This document shows positions 48,659 through 59,205 of a DNA stretch of 62,409 bases, piece by piece. Source of the DNA: a virus. Its lineage: Duplodnaviria > Caudoviricetes. The notes beneath the pieces are model-generated. The model saw only the letters and a list, made by a program, of their open reading frames with translations. It was not told where the DNA came from and did not search any database. Location of the stretch: the IMG/VR virus record IMGVR_UViG_3300012931_000021, positions 1-62,409 of that record; one strand, written 5' to 3'. Numbering within the stretch: the first letter of the stretch is position 1; every line of letters begins with the position of its first letter. Position numbers and translations under genes: made by a program.

Positions 48659-48997
48659 ATGTCAACATCAAGTATAAAATCTGTAATACACACATTTGAA
48701 CCACAATCTAGCACAAATGATTATGTTGTATGTGGAGATATAATAGAGAGTAAGGCAGCTTTATTTATGTCATTCACATGTATATATGGAACGGCTGCAA
48801 TGAGAATAAAATTTGAAGGTGCTGATAAAAGTGATTTCTCTGATGCATTTGTGCTTGTAGCAGAAGCTGATAGAGAAAATCAAGTTGGTTCATATGTTAC
48901 AAACCCTGCAGCATATGCATATTACAGATTGATGATAAAAAGTAAAGTACTTAATGTACCAGGTATTGCAACACTATCATATTGTGCAAAGGGATAA
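48659..48997 (+). CDS. Putative structural beta-sandwich protein, paralog 1
   Basis: GA..SDFSD...AYAYYRL motif shared with the next gene. Confidence 0.6.
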   Translation: MSTSSIKSVIHTFEPQSSTNDYVVCGDIIESKAALFMSFTCIYGTAAMRIKFEGADKSDFSDAFVLVAEADRENQVGSYVTNPAAYAYYRLMIKSKVLNVPGIATLSYCAKG

Positions 48998-49019
48998 ATT
49001 ATGAAAGGAGGTGGCTGGT

Positions 49020-49358
49020 ATGTCAACTGTTTCGTTCAAGGTTCAAAAGGTTAATCCAGTAGCACAGGTAAGTACAGCAGCATATGTTGTTTATGCAGGT
49101 TCAGCAATGGATATGATAGATTTTATTACATTGGCATACACTATCAAGGCTGTAACAGAAAGTGTCAAATGGAAAGTATTTGGAGCAAACTTATCTGACT
49201 ATTCTGATGAAGTTGAAGTACAGGCAGAAGCAACAGTACTTGCAGCAGCAGCTAGCTCATATGCAGTGTCGCCAGCACCATATGCTTATTACAGAGTAAA
49301 AATAACCGACGGTTCAGGACATAGCACAGCTACTGTAACTGGAATCGGAAAGAGGTAG
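49020..49358 (+). CDS. Putative structural beta-sandwich protein, paralog 2
   Basis: GA..SDYSD...PYAYYRV. Confidence 0.6.
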   Translation: MSTVSFKVQKVNPVAQVSTAAYVVYAGSAMDMIDFITLAYTIKAVTESVKWKVFGANLSDYSDEVEVQAEATVLAAAASSYAVSPAPYAYYRVKITDGSGHSTATVTGIGKR

Positions 49359-49366
49359 GTGATAAC

Positions 49367-49795
49367 ATGGCTGCAACATATACAAGCACATTGCCTACAG
49401 ACAAGGATAAGGTGAGATTTTTAATTCAGGACACAGTTGTAGCAACAGCTATGTTGCAGGATGAAGAAATCACCGCAATGCTTGGAATATATGGCACATA
49501 CAAGTCAACAGCAGTAGCATGTTGTGAAGTACTCTCTGCAAAGTTTGCTGGTGAAGCTGAGAGTAAGAAAATAGGAAATCTTACGATTGATTTCAGGGAC
49601 AAGGCAACTAAGTATGCAAAACTTGCAATATTGCTAAGGTCTCAAACAATGAAATTCGTTCTACCATATTTGGGTGGTCAAAGTCAAAGTGACAAAGAGA
49701 CAAATCAACTTGATGCGGACAATGTGCAACCTGCATTCAGACGCGGTATCATGAAGCAAAAGACTCCTGACTTAACACCTGAAGATGATGATTAG
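49367..49795 (+). CDS. Head-to-tail adaptor
   Basis: KVRFLIQDT..LQDEEI; position. Confidence 0.75.
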   Translation: MAATYTSTLPTDKDKVRFLIQDTVVATAMLQDEEITAMLGIYGTYKSTAVACCEVLSAKFAGEAESKKIGNLTIDFRDKATKYAKLAILLRSQTMKFVLPYLGGQSQSDKETNQLDADNVQPAFRRGIMKQKTPDLTPEDDD

Positions 49796-49809
49796 GGAGG
49801 GGTGATGAA

Positions 49810-50355
49810 ATGCACCCAGAATTGAAAAAGCTATGTAAGCAAACATTTTTAAGATATGCATACATCACACGTGATGACCATAATGATTACATCTGGTCAA
49901 CCGATGTGTCAAAGCAGCACGTAACCTTAACAGGGACAACAGCAGTGATTCTGTATACTTATATAACTACTGGTACGGTCATAGTAGCTACAACAGATGA
50001 TGTGACGACATACACATTGAATGTTGATTACACTATTGACTATACAACTGGCGAGTTAGCAAGAACGGTTGGTAGCACGATTCCTTCAGGTGCAACAGTG
50101 CATGTGACATATACTTATTCAACTGTGACATCTTATCTGGCAAGGATTGAGAACTATGATAAGTTGATACGTAATGCACAGGGACAAGAAGTTTTGAGCA
50201 CATGTCAGGTATATTGTGACAATGATGTTGTTATTGACCTTCGAGACAAAATAACATCAACAGAATTTGCTGTAACATATCCTGAGATATTGAGGATTGA
50301 TAGAAATCCTGATGAGACTGGTGCTTTAGACCATATTGTCATATATACTAAGTAG
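49810..50355 (+). CDS. Head closure/stopper protein with an inserted beta-rich domain
   Basis: Position; insert paralogous to a domain in 55557-58181. Confidence 0.65.
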   Translation: MHPELKKLCKQTFLRYAYITRDDHNDYIWSTDVSKQHVTLTGTTAVILYTYITTGTVIVATTDDVTTYTLNVDYTIDYTTGELARTVGSTIPSGATVHVTYTYSTVTSYLARIENYDKLIRNAQGQEVLSTCQVYCDNDVVIDLRDKITSTEFAVTYPEILRIDRNPDETGALDHIVIYTK

Positions 50356-50366
50356 GAGGTGATAAT

Positions 50367-50810
50367 ATGGCTAGCAATGATTTCATGGATATCAAAGTAC
50401 AAGGACTTGACCAGGCACGTAATAGACTTGTATACTTCAAAAACAAGTTTCCTCATGAAGTTGCTGCAGCTTTGAAGACAGAAGCTGAACTTACAATGAC
50501 GGAATCAAAGAAAGAAGTTCCTGTCGATACTGGAGCTTTGAGGGATTCAGGTTTTGTTGATGAACCAAAGATATCAGGAGGTGACATATCTGTCAGACTT
50601 GGATATGGTGGAGTGGCTACTAAGGTGAATGAAAAGACTGGTGAAATCACAACAACATATGCAGTAATTGTCCATGAAGATATGAAAGCTCATCATGTAG
50701 TTGGCAAGGCAAAATTTCTTGAAGACCCAATTAAACGTAGACGCGAAAAGATACTTACTAACATTAATCTCCGTGTAAAGCGTGCGTTGGAAAGGAGCAA
50801 ACAGATATGA
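50367..50810 (+). CDS. HK97 gp10-like tail completion protein
   Basis: VPVDTGALRDS, YA..VHE, KAKFLE. Confidence 0.8.
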   Translation: MASNDFMDIKVQGLDQARNRLVYFKNKFPHEVAAALKTEAELTMTESKKEVPVDTGALRDSGFVDEPKISGGDISVRLGYGGVATKVNEKTGEITTTYAVIVHEDMKAHHVVGKAKFLEDPIKRRREKILTNINLRVKRALERSKQI

Positions 50811-51004
50811 AAGTCAAGAACGTTGAAATCCGGATGTGTCCAGACCCAACAAAGACGCGTATGTTCATAAATGATGAAGAAATCGATAACGTCAGAGGGT
50901 TTGAGATAAAAGTCGAGGATGGACAGACGTATCCTACAGGTATCAAGATTGAATTTGAAGCATGCAATATCAAAATGATACCTCTATGGGAGCGAGGAGA
51001 GTGA
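50807..51004 (+). CDS. Hypothetical protein
   Basis: AAGGAG RBS; ATGA coupling. Confidence 0.6.
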   Translation: MKVKNVEIRMCPDPTKTRMFINDEEIDNVRGFEIKVEDGQTYPTGIKIEFEACNIKMIPLWERGE

Positions 51005-51010
51005 TGACAA

Positions 51011-51433
51011 ATGGCATTTGATATAATGGATGACATTAAACCTCTTATATTGACTGCTATAACTGGATTAGCATCAACAGCAGTAGCTGGTGATTTAACT
51101 GCAGATACAAGCAATTGTATAGCAATCACTCATACTGGAGGTTTTAATCCAGAACATACATTTAGTGGTGGTAGCAGTGCTTTACAAAAACCAGCAATCA
51201 TAAAACCTAGTTTTCAGTTGTGCATGCGACATGAGACTGAAAATACAATGCATGACTGGTGGGATAAAATCAAGGGTGCGCTGGATGGTAAGACAAATTA
51301 CACTCCTACTGGTTTATCCAGAACATACCTGATAATTGAACAACAGGGTGATGTTTTGGATGGAGGACGTGATAGCAACAGACGTCATATTCAATATCTA
51401 AACTTTAATACTATGGTAATCAATGCATACTAG
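51011..51433 (+). CDS. Tail terminator
   Basis: PSFQ..R, GRDSNRR..LNF; position. Confidence 0.7.
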   Translation: MAFDIMDDIKPLILTAITGLASTAVAGDLTADTSNCIAITHTGGFNPEHTFSGGSSALQKPAIIKPSFQLCMRHETENTMHDWWDKIKGALDGKTNYTPTGLSRTYLIIEQQGDVLDGGRDSNRRHIQYLNFNTMVINAY

Positions 51434-51447
51434 AAGGAGGTGAGCAT

Positions 51448-52161
51448 ATGGCATTTCAACATGGTAAAGCGGTATTCGTTTTGTTGAATGGATACAATAT
51501 AACAGGTTATTTGAACAAGATTGAAACTCCACTAACTGCTGACACTGCAGAGACATCATGTTTTGGCGTTACTGATAAAACATTCCTACCAGGCTTAAGG
51601 GATGCAACATTATCTGGAGATGGGTTGTATGATGCATCTGCTTCAGCAATAGATGCAATCATGGATGCAATACTTGCAGGAGCAAACAGTGGCAATAATA
51701 TCATGTGGATTCCAGCAGGTAATACTATCGGTAACTACGGTTACGCGATGAACATGATTCAAACATTGTATAGCACGACAGGTACTAAGGATGATGCAGT
51801 TAGAATTGGTATAGCTGGACATTCATCTACCGGACGTGAAAGAGTTAAATTGATACATGCACATGGTTCTGAAGATAGTTCATCTCAGTCAGCAAGTCAG
51901 GACTTATTAGCATCAGGAGCAATAGGTGGTTCAGCGTATATCTTTGCAACTGCAATTACTGGTACATTAGATTGTATTATTCAGCATTCTACAACTGGAG
52001 CGTTTTCTGGTGAAGAAACTACACTTTGTACATTTACACAAAACACAGCAATAGGACATGAGAGGCTTACATTTTCTGGAACTGTAAACAGATATGTAAG
52101 AGCAAAATGGACAATAGGTACAGGACCTGCAGTATTTGCGGTTGCAATCTGCAAGGATTAA
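51448..52161 (+). CDS. Tail tube protein paralog A (with extra C-terminal domain)
   Basis: MAFQHGK..TADTAETS.FG..DKT.LPGL. Confidence 0.7.
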   Translation: MAFQHGKAVFVLLNGYNITGYLNKIETPLTADTAETSCFGVTDKTFLPGLRDATLSGDGLYDASASAIDAIMDAILAGANSGNNIMWIPAGNTIGNYGYAMNMIQTLYSTTGTKDDAVRIGIAGHSSTGRERVKLIHAHGSEDSSSQSASQDLLASGAIGGSAYIFATAITGTLDCIIQHSTTGAFSGEETTLCTFTQNTAIGHERLTFSGTVNRYVRAKWTIGTGPAVFAVAICKD

Positions 52162-52179
52162 TGGAAGGAGTGAGAAATC

Positions 52180-52593
52180 ATGGCATTTGTACATGGTAAA
52201 GGTGTATACTTTGGTGCAGCAGTAGCAGGGGCTGTAGCACCAACAACCAACTTGGCAGCTTACACTAACAAGGTAGATTGGCCAAGAACTGCAGATACCG
52301 CAGAAACATCAGTCTTTGGATTAAGTGATAAGACATATTTACCTGGACTGAAGGGAGCAACTGTATCTGTAGAAGGAGTTTGGGATGCAACTCTTGACGC
52401 TTTTCTTGACCCTAAACTTGGAACTATCATTTCAATATTCTATGCTCCTGCAGGTAGTGGCACTGCTGGTTATTATGCAGATGCAATATTGACATCATAT
52501 GACCCACCTGGTAATATTTCTGATGCTGTCAAATGGTCAGCTTCATTTTTGATTACTGGAGCGGTTACGCGTGCGACGGTAACAGCAGCTTAA
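52180..52593 (+). CDS. Major tail tube protein paralog B
   Basis: MAFVHGK..TADTAETS.FG..DKT.LPGL; ends SASFLITG.V. Confidence 0.75.
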   Translation: MAFVHGKGVYFGAAVAGAVAPTTNLAAYTNKVDWPRTADTAETSVFGLSDKTYLPGLKGATVSVEGVWDATLDAFLDPKLGTIISIFYAPAGSGTAGYYADAILTSYDPPGNISDAVKWSASFLITGAVTRATVTAA

Positions 52594-52744
52594 CTGGTAT
52601 GGTTGTACCTCACAGAATTGATTATGTTCAATTGTTTGTGAGGGGGAAGGGTAACTGCATGTGCTAGGTGGCAGCCATGCTAAACTCAAAATTTTGGCAA
52701 TGTACGGTATGAAGTAAATTAGAGATGTGAAAGGGGAGATTTCA

Positions 52745-53182
52745 ATGTCAATGGCAAAGAGCAATTTTGCTACAAGAGAAAAAATAAAGAATACAAAGTC
52801 AATCGTAGGTGAACCATTCAAGGTAGAAGCATGGGACGCATTCGTAAATATTCGTAAGTGGAATGGAAAACAGCGTGCTATGCTTTTGTTACGCGTTTCT
52901 GAAGTTTATGGTACTGCTAATGATTCTCCTGAAGAAACTCAGGCAGCTAAAAAGAACTATCCTGCTATGAACAAATTGATGGCAGAAGCAATTGCTATAA
53001 GTGTATGTGGTGAAGATGAGACTAATCTATATGATGTAAATAATCCTTCTGATGTTGATGAGATTGAATTGCTTGATGCAGATGTGTTGCAATCACTTTA
53101 CGAAGAGTGTGCAAGCAGGAATGGTTTCCTTGATAAAAAGTTAAAGGATGAAATAAAAAACTTAGAAGCCACCCAGAGCTGA
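52745..53182 (+). CDS. Tail assembly chaperone G (the -1 frameshift product GT extends to 53349)
   Basis: Precedes TMP; slippery A AAA AAC at 53155-53161; -1 frame open to TGA 53349. Confidence 0.85.
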   Translation: MSMAKSNFATREKIKNTKSIVGEPFKVEAWDAFVNIRKWNGKQRAMLLLRVSEVYGTANDSPEETQAAKKNYPAMNKLMAEAIAISVCGEDETNLYDVNNPSDVDEIELLDADVLQSLYEECASRNGFLDKKLKDEIKNLEATQS

Positions 53183-53375
53183 TTTTCTATTTGAGATTGA
53201 CAAGAGAACTGGGTGGCATGACAATGGAAGAAATGCTAGAAAGAATATCCTCAGTTGAACTTACACAATGGTTAGCATTGTATGAACTAGAATCTGAAGA
53301 GTATGAATTCAATAAACAACATCAGGCAATGGTGAAATCCTTCAGGTGAAACGTATATTAGAAGGAGGTGAGCAT

Positions 53376-55193
53376 ATGGCAAGCGGTGGAGATATAACTT
53401 ATGTTATAAACGTAAACGGTTCTGGTGCAGTAAGCGGTATAAACAATGTTGTTAGCTCAATGGATAAGATGCATGCTGCTGGATTAAAACTTGCAAAAGT
53501 TGGCGGTATGATGACTCTTGCCATAACAACACCTATTGTTGCTTTAGGCAAGAAGATGCTTGATATGGCTACTAATGCTGTTGAATCAGAGAATCTTTTT
53601 ACAGTATCAATGGGCAATATGGCAGACGCAGCAAGAAAATGGAGTGAAGACACTAGTAAAGCTTTGGGTTTAAATCAATATGCGCTTAGAAATACTGTAG
53701 GAACATTTAATGTTATGTTCAATTCGATGGGACTTGGCGAAAAAGCAGCTTATCAAATGTCTATAAGTTTATCAACACTTGCACAGGATATGGCATCTTT
53801 TTATAATCTCAGTTCAGAAGAAGCTTTTCAAAAATTACAGGCTGGAATATCTGGAGAAACTGAGCCACTCAAACGTCTGGGCATATTAATCAATGAAACT
53901 ACAGTTAAAACATTTGCACTTTCAAAAGGTTTGATTACAGAAGGTCAGGATATGAGTGAAACTCAGAAAGTTATTGCTCGATATCTATTAATTATGGAAC
54001 AAACTAAGAACGCTCAAGGTGACTTGGCACGTACAATGGATAGTCCGGCTAATATGGCACGTAGACAGCAGGCACGTTTGGAAGAGTTAGCTATTACAAT
54101 GGGACAAAAGTTACTTCCAACTTTTGTAAAAATTATGGAAGCTATAGACGGACTTATAACATGGTTTACAAATCTTGATGATAAAACACAGGAAAATATA
54201 TTAAAATTTGCGGCTTTTGCTGCTGCAGCAGGACCTGTGCTTACTGTAGTTGGTGGTTTGACAACTGGATTTAGTGGATTAGCTGGCGTTCTTAAAGGTA
54301 TACCAGCATTAATAGCAGCATGTGCAACACCTATGGGTGGTTTTGCTCTTGTAGCTGGTGCAGCAGTAATATCTACTGGTATAACAATAGATAATTTTAA
54401 CAAATATAAGAAAAAACAGGAAGATATGGTTGCAGCAGCTAAGTCTAAAGAAGCTGGGACTTCTAATATCTATGACCCAAATCCTATGATACAGGTACAA
54501 AAGCAGATGGAAGCAGGTACTTTTGAAATTAAGCCATTTTCAGGATTTTATGAATCAACTGCAGAACAAACAGAGGCAGCAGAAACAGAGGTCGTAACTG
54601 ATGCTGTGGTTGACCAAACTAGTGCTTATGATGACCTGATTGCGGCATTCAAAGAAGCTGGAACAGTTGGAACCACAACATATAGTGAACTTACTGATTC
54701 AGTTAATACTTTCAAGGATGCAGTAAAACAACAAACAGATGCTTTTGCTGACTTTGGTAGTATGTTCGAAAAGAATGTAATTGAGAGAATGTCACCTGAG
54801 AAAATTATGCGTAGACTTCAAAAATCATTCTCAACAATGAAAAAATGGACTGAATCATTACAAAAACTTCAAGATAGAGGAGTTTCTGAAAGTATTATAG
54901 ATTCACTTCGAGACATGGGAATATCTGGAGCAGGTATAACTACTGGTTTGGCGAAGATGTCTAACGCACAACTCAGTAAGGCACTTGACTACATGGGAGC
55001 TACAAGATATCTTGGTGCTAAACAGGCTTACCAGTCAGTTAAGTTTGAGCATACAGGAAGAATTGAGATATATGGTGTGAATTCAAAAGGTCAATTGGTC
55101 GATAGTGGTGTAATAAACATGTTGTCTCAGGAAGTCAAGTCTGGTTCACAACGATATGTTAATATACCAGGAGCTGCAAAAACATTGAAGTAA
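53376..55193 (+). CDS. Tape measure protein
   Basis: MTLAITTPI, DMASFYN..AF.KLQAGISGETEPLKRLG; TM-like segment. Confidence 0.9.
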   Translation: MASGGDITYVINVNGSGAVSGINNVVSSMDKMHAAGLKLAKVGGMMTLAITTPIVALGKKMLDMATNAVESENLFTVSMGNMADAARKWSEDTSKALGLNQYALRNTVGTFNVMFNSMGLGEKAAYQMSISLSTLAQDMASFYNLSSEEAFQKLQAGISGETEPLKRLGILINETTVKTFALSKGLITEGQDMSETQKVIARYLLIMEQTKNAQGDLARTMDSPANMARRQQARLEELAITMGQKLLPTFVKIMEAIDGLITWFTNLDDKTQENILKFAAFAAAAGPVLTVVGGLTTGFSGLAGVLKGIPALIAACATPMGGFALVAGAAVISTGITIDNFNKYKKKQEDMVAAAKSKEAGTSNIYDPNPMIQVQKQMEAGTFEIKPFSGFYESTAEQTEAAETEVVTDAVVDQTSAYDDLIAAFKEAGTVGTTTYSELTDSVNTFKDAVKQQTDAFADFGSMFEKNVIERMSPEKIMRRLQKSFSTMKKWTESLQKLQDRGVSESIIDSLRDMGISGAGITTGLAKMSNAQLSKALDYMGATRYLGAKQAYQSVKFEHTGRIEIYGVNSKGQLVDSGVINMLSQEVKSGSQRYVNIPGAAKTLK

Positions 55194-55206
55194 AGGAGGT
55201 ATTGAT

Positions 55207-55560
55207 ATGGCAATAACATGGGGTTCAACAGCTTTGAATATAACTGAATATAGTCGTATTGGTGGTGAACTTTATTACAAAGAACATACGCTTATACCTG
55301 ACCCAACATTAGCAAGCACAGTTGCTCAGTCAGTGCTTCAAGGGTTTGGAAGAAATCGAATCAGAGTAACCATAGAGGGATATGGTACAGATACTGAAGT
55401 TGACACATTTAACACAGACAAAAATGCAGCTACATCAAGGACTCTCACTATAGACTTTGATAATAGTTTCGCAGACACAATGATGATTACACGTTTAGAA
55501 ACTAAGCAACAGAAAGGTATTAACCGAACTTGGTATGTAATGGAGTTGATTGAAGTATGA
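55207..55560 (+). CDS. Distal tail protein
   Basis: Position directly after TMP. Confidence 0.6.
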   Translation: MAITWGSTALNITEYSRIGGELYYKEHTLIPDPTLASTVAQSVLQGFGRNRIRVTIEGYGTDTEVDTFNTDKNAATSRTLTIDFDNSFADTMMITRLETKQQKGINRTWYVMELIEV

Positions 55561-58181
55561 GAATAATACCAACAACCGTAAAAACTTTATTAAAAACCCG
55601 TTCTATGATTGGAATAGATGCTCCTCATTGTCAAGTTATTTTTCCAGAAAAAACCGACAGCAGTGAATGGGTTTTGGTAGCACCACAATTAAACAGTCAA
55701 GCTATATCAAAGTTAGTTCAAGCTAATGGTAAACTTTATGGCGTAACGGCTGGCGGTCGATTGTTTGAATGGAATGGTACAGATGCCTGGGTACAGAAAG
55801 CACCGCAATTGGATTCTCAAACTATATACCTAAACTCTGCATGTGTTTTGAATAACAAAATATATGCAGGTACTCAAGGTGGCGGTCGATTGTTTGAATG
55901 GAATGATGTGGATGCCTGGGTACAAAAAGCACCACAATATGCTTCAGAGACTGATATAAGTAGTTTAGCAGTTTTCAATAGTAAAATCTATGCAGGTACT
56001 GGTATTAACGGTAATTTACTTGAATGGAATGATGTGGATGCCTGGGTACAGAAAGCACCACAATTTAGCAGTAATGTTTACATTATGAGTCTAACTGAAT
56101 TTAATGATAAACTTTACGGAACTACATTCAGTTCTACAGTAACCTTACTTGAATGGAATGGTACAGATGCCTGGGTACAGAAAGCTAGTTCTGTTACTGG
56201 TCTAACAGGGTCATATTCATCTTTTGTTTTTAATGGCAAGTTATACAATGGAACTGCCACAGAAGCTAGATTGTTTGAATGGAATGATGTGGATGCCTGG
56301 GTACAAAAAGCACCACAATATGCTTCAGAGGCTTCAATAAATTCTCTTATCGAAATAGAAGATGAAATGTATGCAGGCACAGCTAATAGCGGTTTTTTGT
56401 TAAAATGGAATGGCGTTGATGATTGGACATTAGTAAGTAGTATTACTCCTGTATCACGTTTACAATCCGTAATTGTTTTTAACGGACAAGTATATGGCGG
56501 TACTAATGATGGTCAACTACTTATGTTCATTGACCCTTCGATGTTACAACCGTCTAAAATTAATATATCAAGAGAAGAAGCTGCGAATGCCCAACGTTGT
56601 ACAATATCGTTACCTAATGTTAATCCTGATGATAAAACTGACGCTGGTTATTATTCTCCATATAGAACAGGCACTGATTTTCCTGGTAAGACCGAGAATG
56701 AATGGAAATATCAAATTATTCCCTCAAAGTCTGTAAAAGTAAAAGCTGGTTATGGTGATAATTTAGTAACAGTTTTTACAGGTACTATTGATGATGTTTC
56801 TCATGACATTGAAGCATACAACAGTTTATTAGATTTAGATTGTAGAGATGGTGGTTCTAAGATAGTTGACAAAACAATATCTGCTGTTATTGATGGCATT
56901 ACAGAATATTATATAGATTATCCAATTGATTCTGCTACAACTGCTTCATGGTTAACATCTGATATGTTTGTTGTAATGACAAAAGGTGACAAGATGGTAT
57001 TTACTAGTGACCTTGGAGGACCTGTTACCCTTACACTAACTGCAGCTACATATACTGGGGCAACACTTGCAACTCATCTTGCATCAGTAATGAATGCAAA
57101 TACTACACTTACAGGAACTGGTACAATAACTTTTTCAGTTAGTTATAATTCATCAACACATGAATTTACGATTTCAGCTTCGGGTGCACATACAATAGCA
57201 TTTACATTGTCACAGAGTACAGCAGCAGTTTTATTTGGTATGACTGATAATGTAATTGCAGCCAATTCAATCGTTTCTGTTGAACCCTACACAGCAACAA
57301 TTGAAACAATTGTCAAAGACCTTTGTGTACGTGCTGGATTTGCTGCTGCAAATATTACTATTGAACCAACATATCAATTACTTGATACAACTTTTGAAAG
57401 GATGTCATATGGTGATGCAATTGAACAAATGTGTACATTATCAGGCTTTGAATTTATTATAGACGAGGATGATAAGCCAATATTCAGGTATCCTACAGAT
57501 AGACAACCAGAAGCAACAGATGAAGTAGTAGTTTTAACAGGAACGACAGCAGTATCTCTTGCAAAGTATCCTATTGTAACCGCTTCAATACTTGTTTATT
57601 CTGGGCTTTTAAAAACTGGTACATTGTATTCATCAAGTACTGATTATACTATAGTAGCAGGAACTTCAAGTACTGCTTGGACGATTGCAAGAACGGCTGG
57701 TAGTACGATTCCTTCAGGTGACACAGTTTATGTGACATATGTATATGCAGCGTGGGTATTTAAGGAAGGAGAAGACATTTTTAAATTAAATCTCAAGATT
57801 AGTCAACGTGACCTTTATGGTAAAATCATTGTAGAAGGTGATGATTGCAGTGGTTCATACACAACTACTTCTCCACGTTGGGATACATCAACAATTCCTG
57901 CTGATAAAGTATTGTTCGTACTTGATGAAAATCTCGATACTGATGCAAAATGCCAAGCTATAGCAGATAGACTTGCAACAGATATGTTAGCTCATTATGT
58001 AGAATGTGAGTGGGCTGCAGTAGCTATACCATGGTTGCAGGTTGGAGATTGTGTACAAATAATTGAGAGCTCATCAACAATATCGGAGATATATCGTATC
58101 ACCAATATAGATTATGATTTTGATAGTGAAGGTTTTATAATGACTTTCAAAGCTTATCATTATGGATATACACCAATTTAG
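55557..58181 (+). CDS. Baseplate hub/tail tip protein with inserted beta-propeller and other domains
   Basis: VKAGY..FTG.ID, PWLQVGD hub motifs; six ~43-aa L.EWN..DAWVQKA-type repeats. Confidence 0.75.
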   Translation: MRIIPTTVKTLLKTRSMIGIDAPHCQVIFPEKTDSSEWVLVAPQLNSQAISKLVQANGKLYGVTAGGRLFEWNGTDAWVQKAPQLDSQTIYLNSACVLNNKIYAGTQGGGRLFEWNDVDAWVQKAPQYASETDISSLAVFNSKIYAGTGINGNLLEWNDVDAWVQKAPQFSSNVYIMSLTEFNDKLYGTTFSSTVTLLEWNGTDAWVQKASSVTGLTGSYSSFVFNGKLYNGTATEARLFEWNDVDAWVQKAPQYASEASINSLIEIEDEMYAGTANSGFLLKWNGVDDWTLVSSITPVSRLQSVIVFNGQVYGGTNDGQLLMFIDPSMLQPSKINISREEAANAQRCTISLPNVNPDDKTDAGYYSPYRTGTDFPGKTENEWKYQIIPSKSVKVKAGYGDNLVTVFTGTIDDVSHDIEAYNSLLDLDCRDGGSKIVDKTISAVIDGITEYYIDYPIDSATTASWLTSDMFVVMTKGDKMVFTSDLGGPVTLTLTAATYTGATLATHLASVMNANTTLTGTGTITFSVSYNSSTHEFTISASGAHTIAFTLSQSTAAVLFGMTDNVIAANSIVSVEPYTATIETIVKDLCVRAGFAAANITIEPTYQLLDTTFERMSYGDAIEQMCTLSGFEFIIDEDDKPIFRYPTDRQPEATDEVVVLTGTTAVSLAKYPIVTASILVYSGLLKTGTLYSSSTDYTIVAGTSSTAWTIARTAGSTIPSGDTVYVTYVYAAWVFKEGEDIFKLNLKISQRDLYGKIIVEGDDCSGSYTTTSPRWDTSTIPADKVLFVLDENLDTDAKCQAIADRLATDMLAHYVECEWAAVAIPWLQVGDCVQIIESSSTISEIYRITNIDYDFDSEGFIMTFKAYHYGYTPI

Positions 58182-58192
58182 GAGGTGAGATT

Positions 58193-58888
58193 ATGTCTAG
58201 AGACCTTGCAGGAGAAATACATAAAATGATTACTAAACGTGATTTAAGAAAAGCTGCTTCTGTTGTTTATAATGGTTCTAGTGGAACGTTTATAAACTAT
58301 GCTTCTGTTCATCTTTCTAATCTTGCTTCAGTCGCTATAAATACATCTCTTGTTAGTGATACTGATATAACCGATGATTTAGGGTCAATGGCTGTAAGAT
58401 GGAAGGATATTTTTGCTCAAACTGCAGGCACAGGGGATACTGCAGGAGATATATTTAAACTTCGAGCCCGTGATATAGATGGAACAGCTTGGATTGATTT
58501 TATTACACTAACTGCAGGCAACACTCCAACTTGTGATTTAAGCGATAGTGTTACTAAAAGCAGTGGATATATATATCGTGGAGGTGGAACAGATGTGGCT
58601 GTAGCTGATGGAGGTACTAATCTTTCGACAATAGCTGCAGGTTCTGTTTTAGCAGCTAATTCAATTGATGTTTTGTCAGCTATAACTTCAGACACTGGTG
58701 TTAATTTTTTAATGAACGATACTGGTACTGTTTCATGGAATTCTGCAACAGGTGCAGGTAATGTTGTTTTGGTTACTCCTGCTGCTGCTGATGATGGGAA
58801 ATATCTTAAGTATACTCATGCAACTACTAGCTATTCGTTCGATGCTCCTGCAGGTAGTGGTACTTCATCAATATGGGGAGGGTTGTGA
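58193..58888 (+). CDS. Minor tail/fibre protein
   Basis: DLGS...RW.DI, DVAVADGGT fibre motifs. Confidence 0.65.
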   Translation: MSRDLAGEIHKMITKRDLRKAASVVYNGSSGTFINYASVHLSNLASVAINTSLVSDTDITDDLGSMAVRWKDIFAQTAGTGDTAGDIFKLRARDIDGTAWIDFITLTAGNTPTCDLSDSVTKSSGYIYRGGGTDVAVADGGTNLSTIAAGSVLAANSIDVLSAITSDTGVNFLMNDTGTVSWNSATGAGNVVLVTPAAADDGKYLKYTHATTSYSFDAPAGSGTSSIWGGL

Positions 58889-58889
58889 T

Positions 58890-59204
58890 ATGGCAACAAC
58901 AGATAAAAGATTATGTTCAGGAGTTTTTGGGGCTTCAAATGCTACGTTATATACAGCTCCAGCAACTGCAGGTAACTACGTAATTGTAAAAGCTGTTACT
59001 ATATGTAATAAAACTTCAGCTAGTCATACAGTGACTTTGAAGTTTGATGCAATTGAAGTTGTAGCTACTCATACTATTTTAGGGTACGATACTGTTACTA
59101 TACCGTTTATAGACCAAATTCTTGAAGCTAGTGAGATTATAGAAGGGTCAGCCGATGCTGCTGATTCTATAAATTATTATATTTCAGGAAAGGAGATAAC
59201 CTAA
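58890..59204 (+). CDS. Minor tail protein
   Basis: TLYTAP..IVK..ICN...ISGKE. Confidence 0.65.
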   Translation: MATTDKRLCSGVFGASNATLYTAPATAGNYVIVKAVTICNKTSASHTVTLKFDAIEVVATHTILGYDTVTIPFIDQILEASEIIEGSADAADSINYYISGKEIT

Positions 59205-59205
59205 A

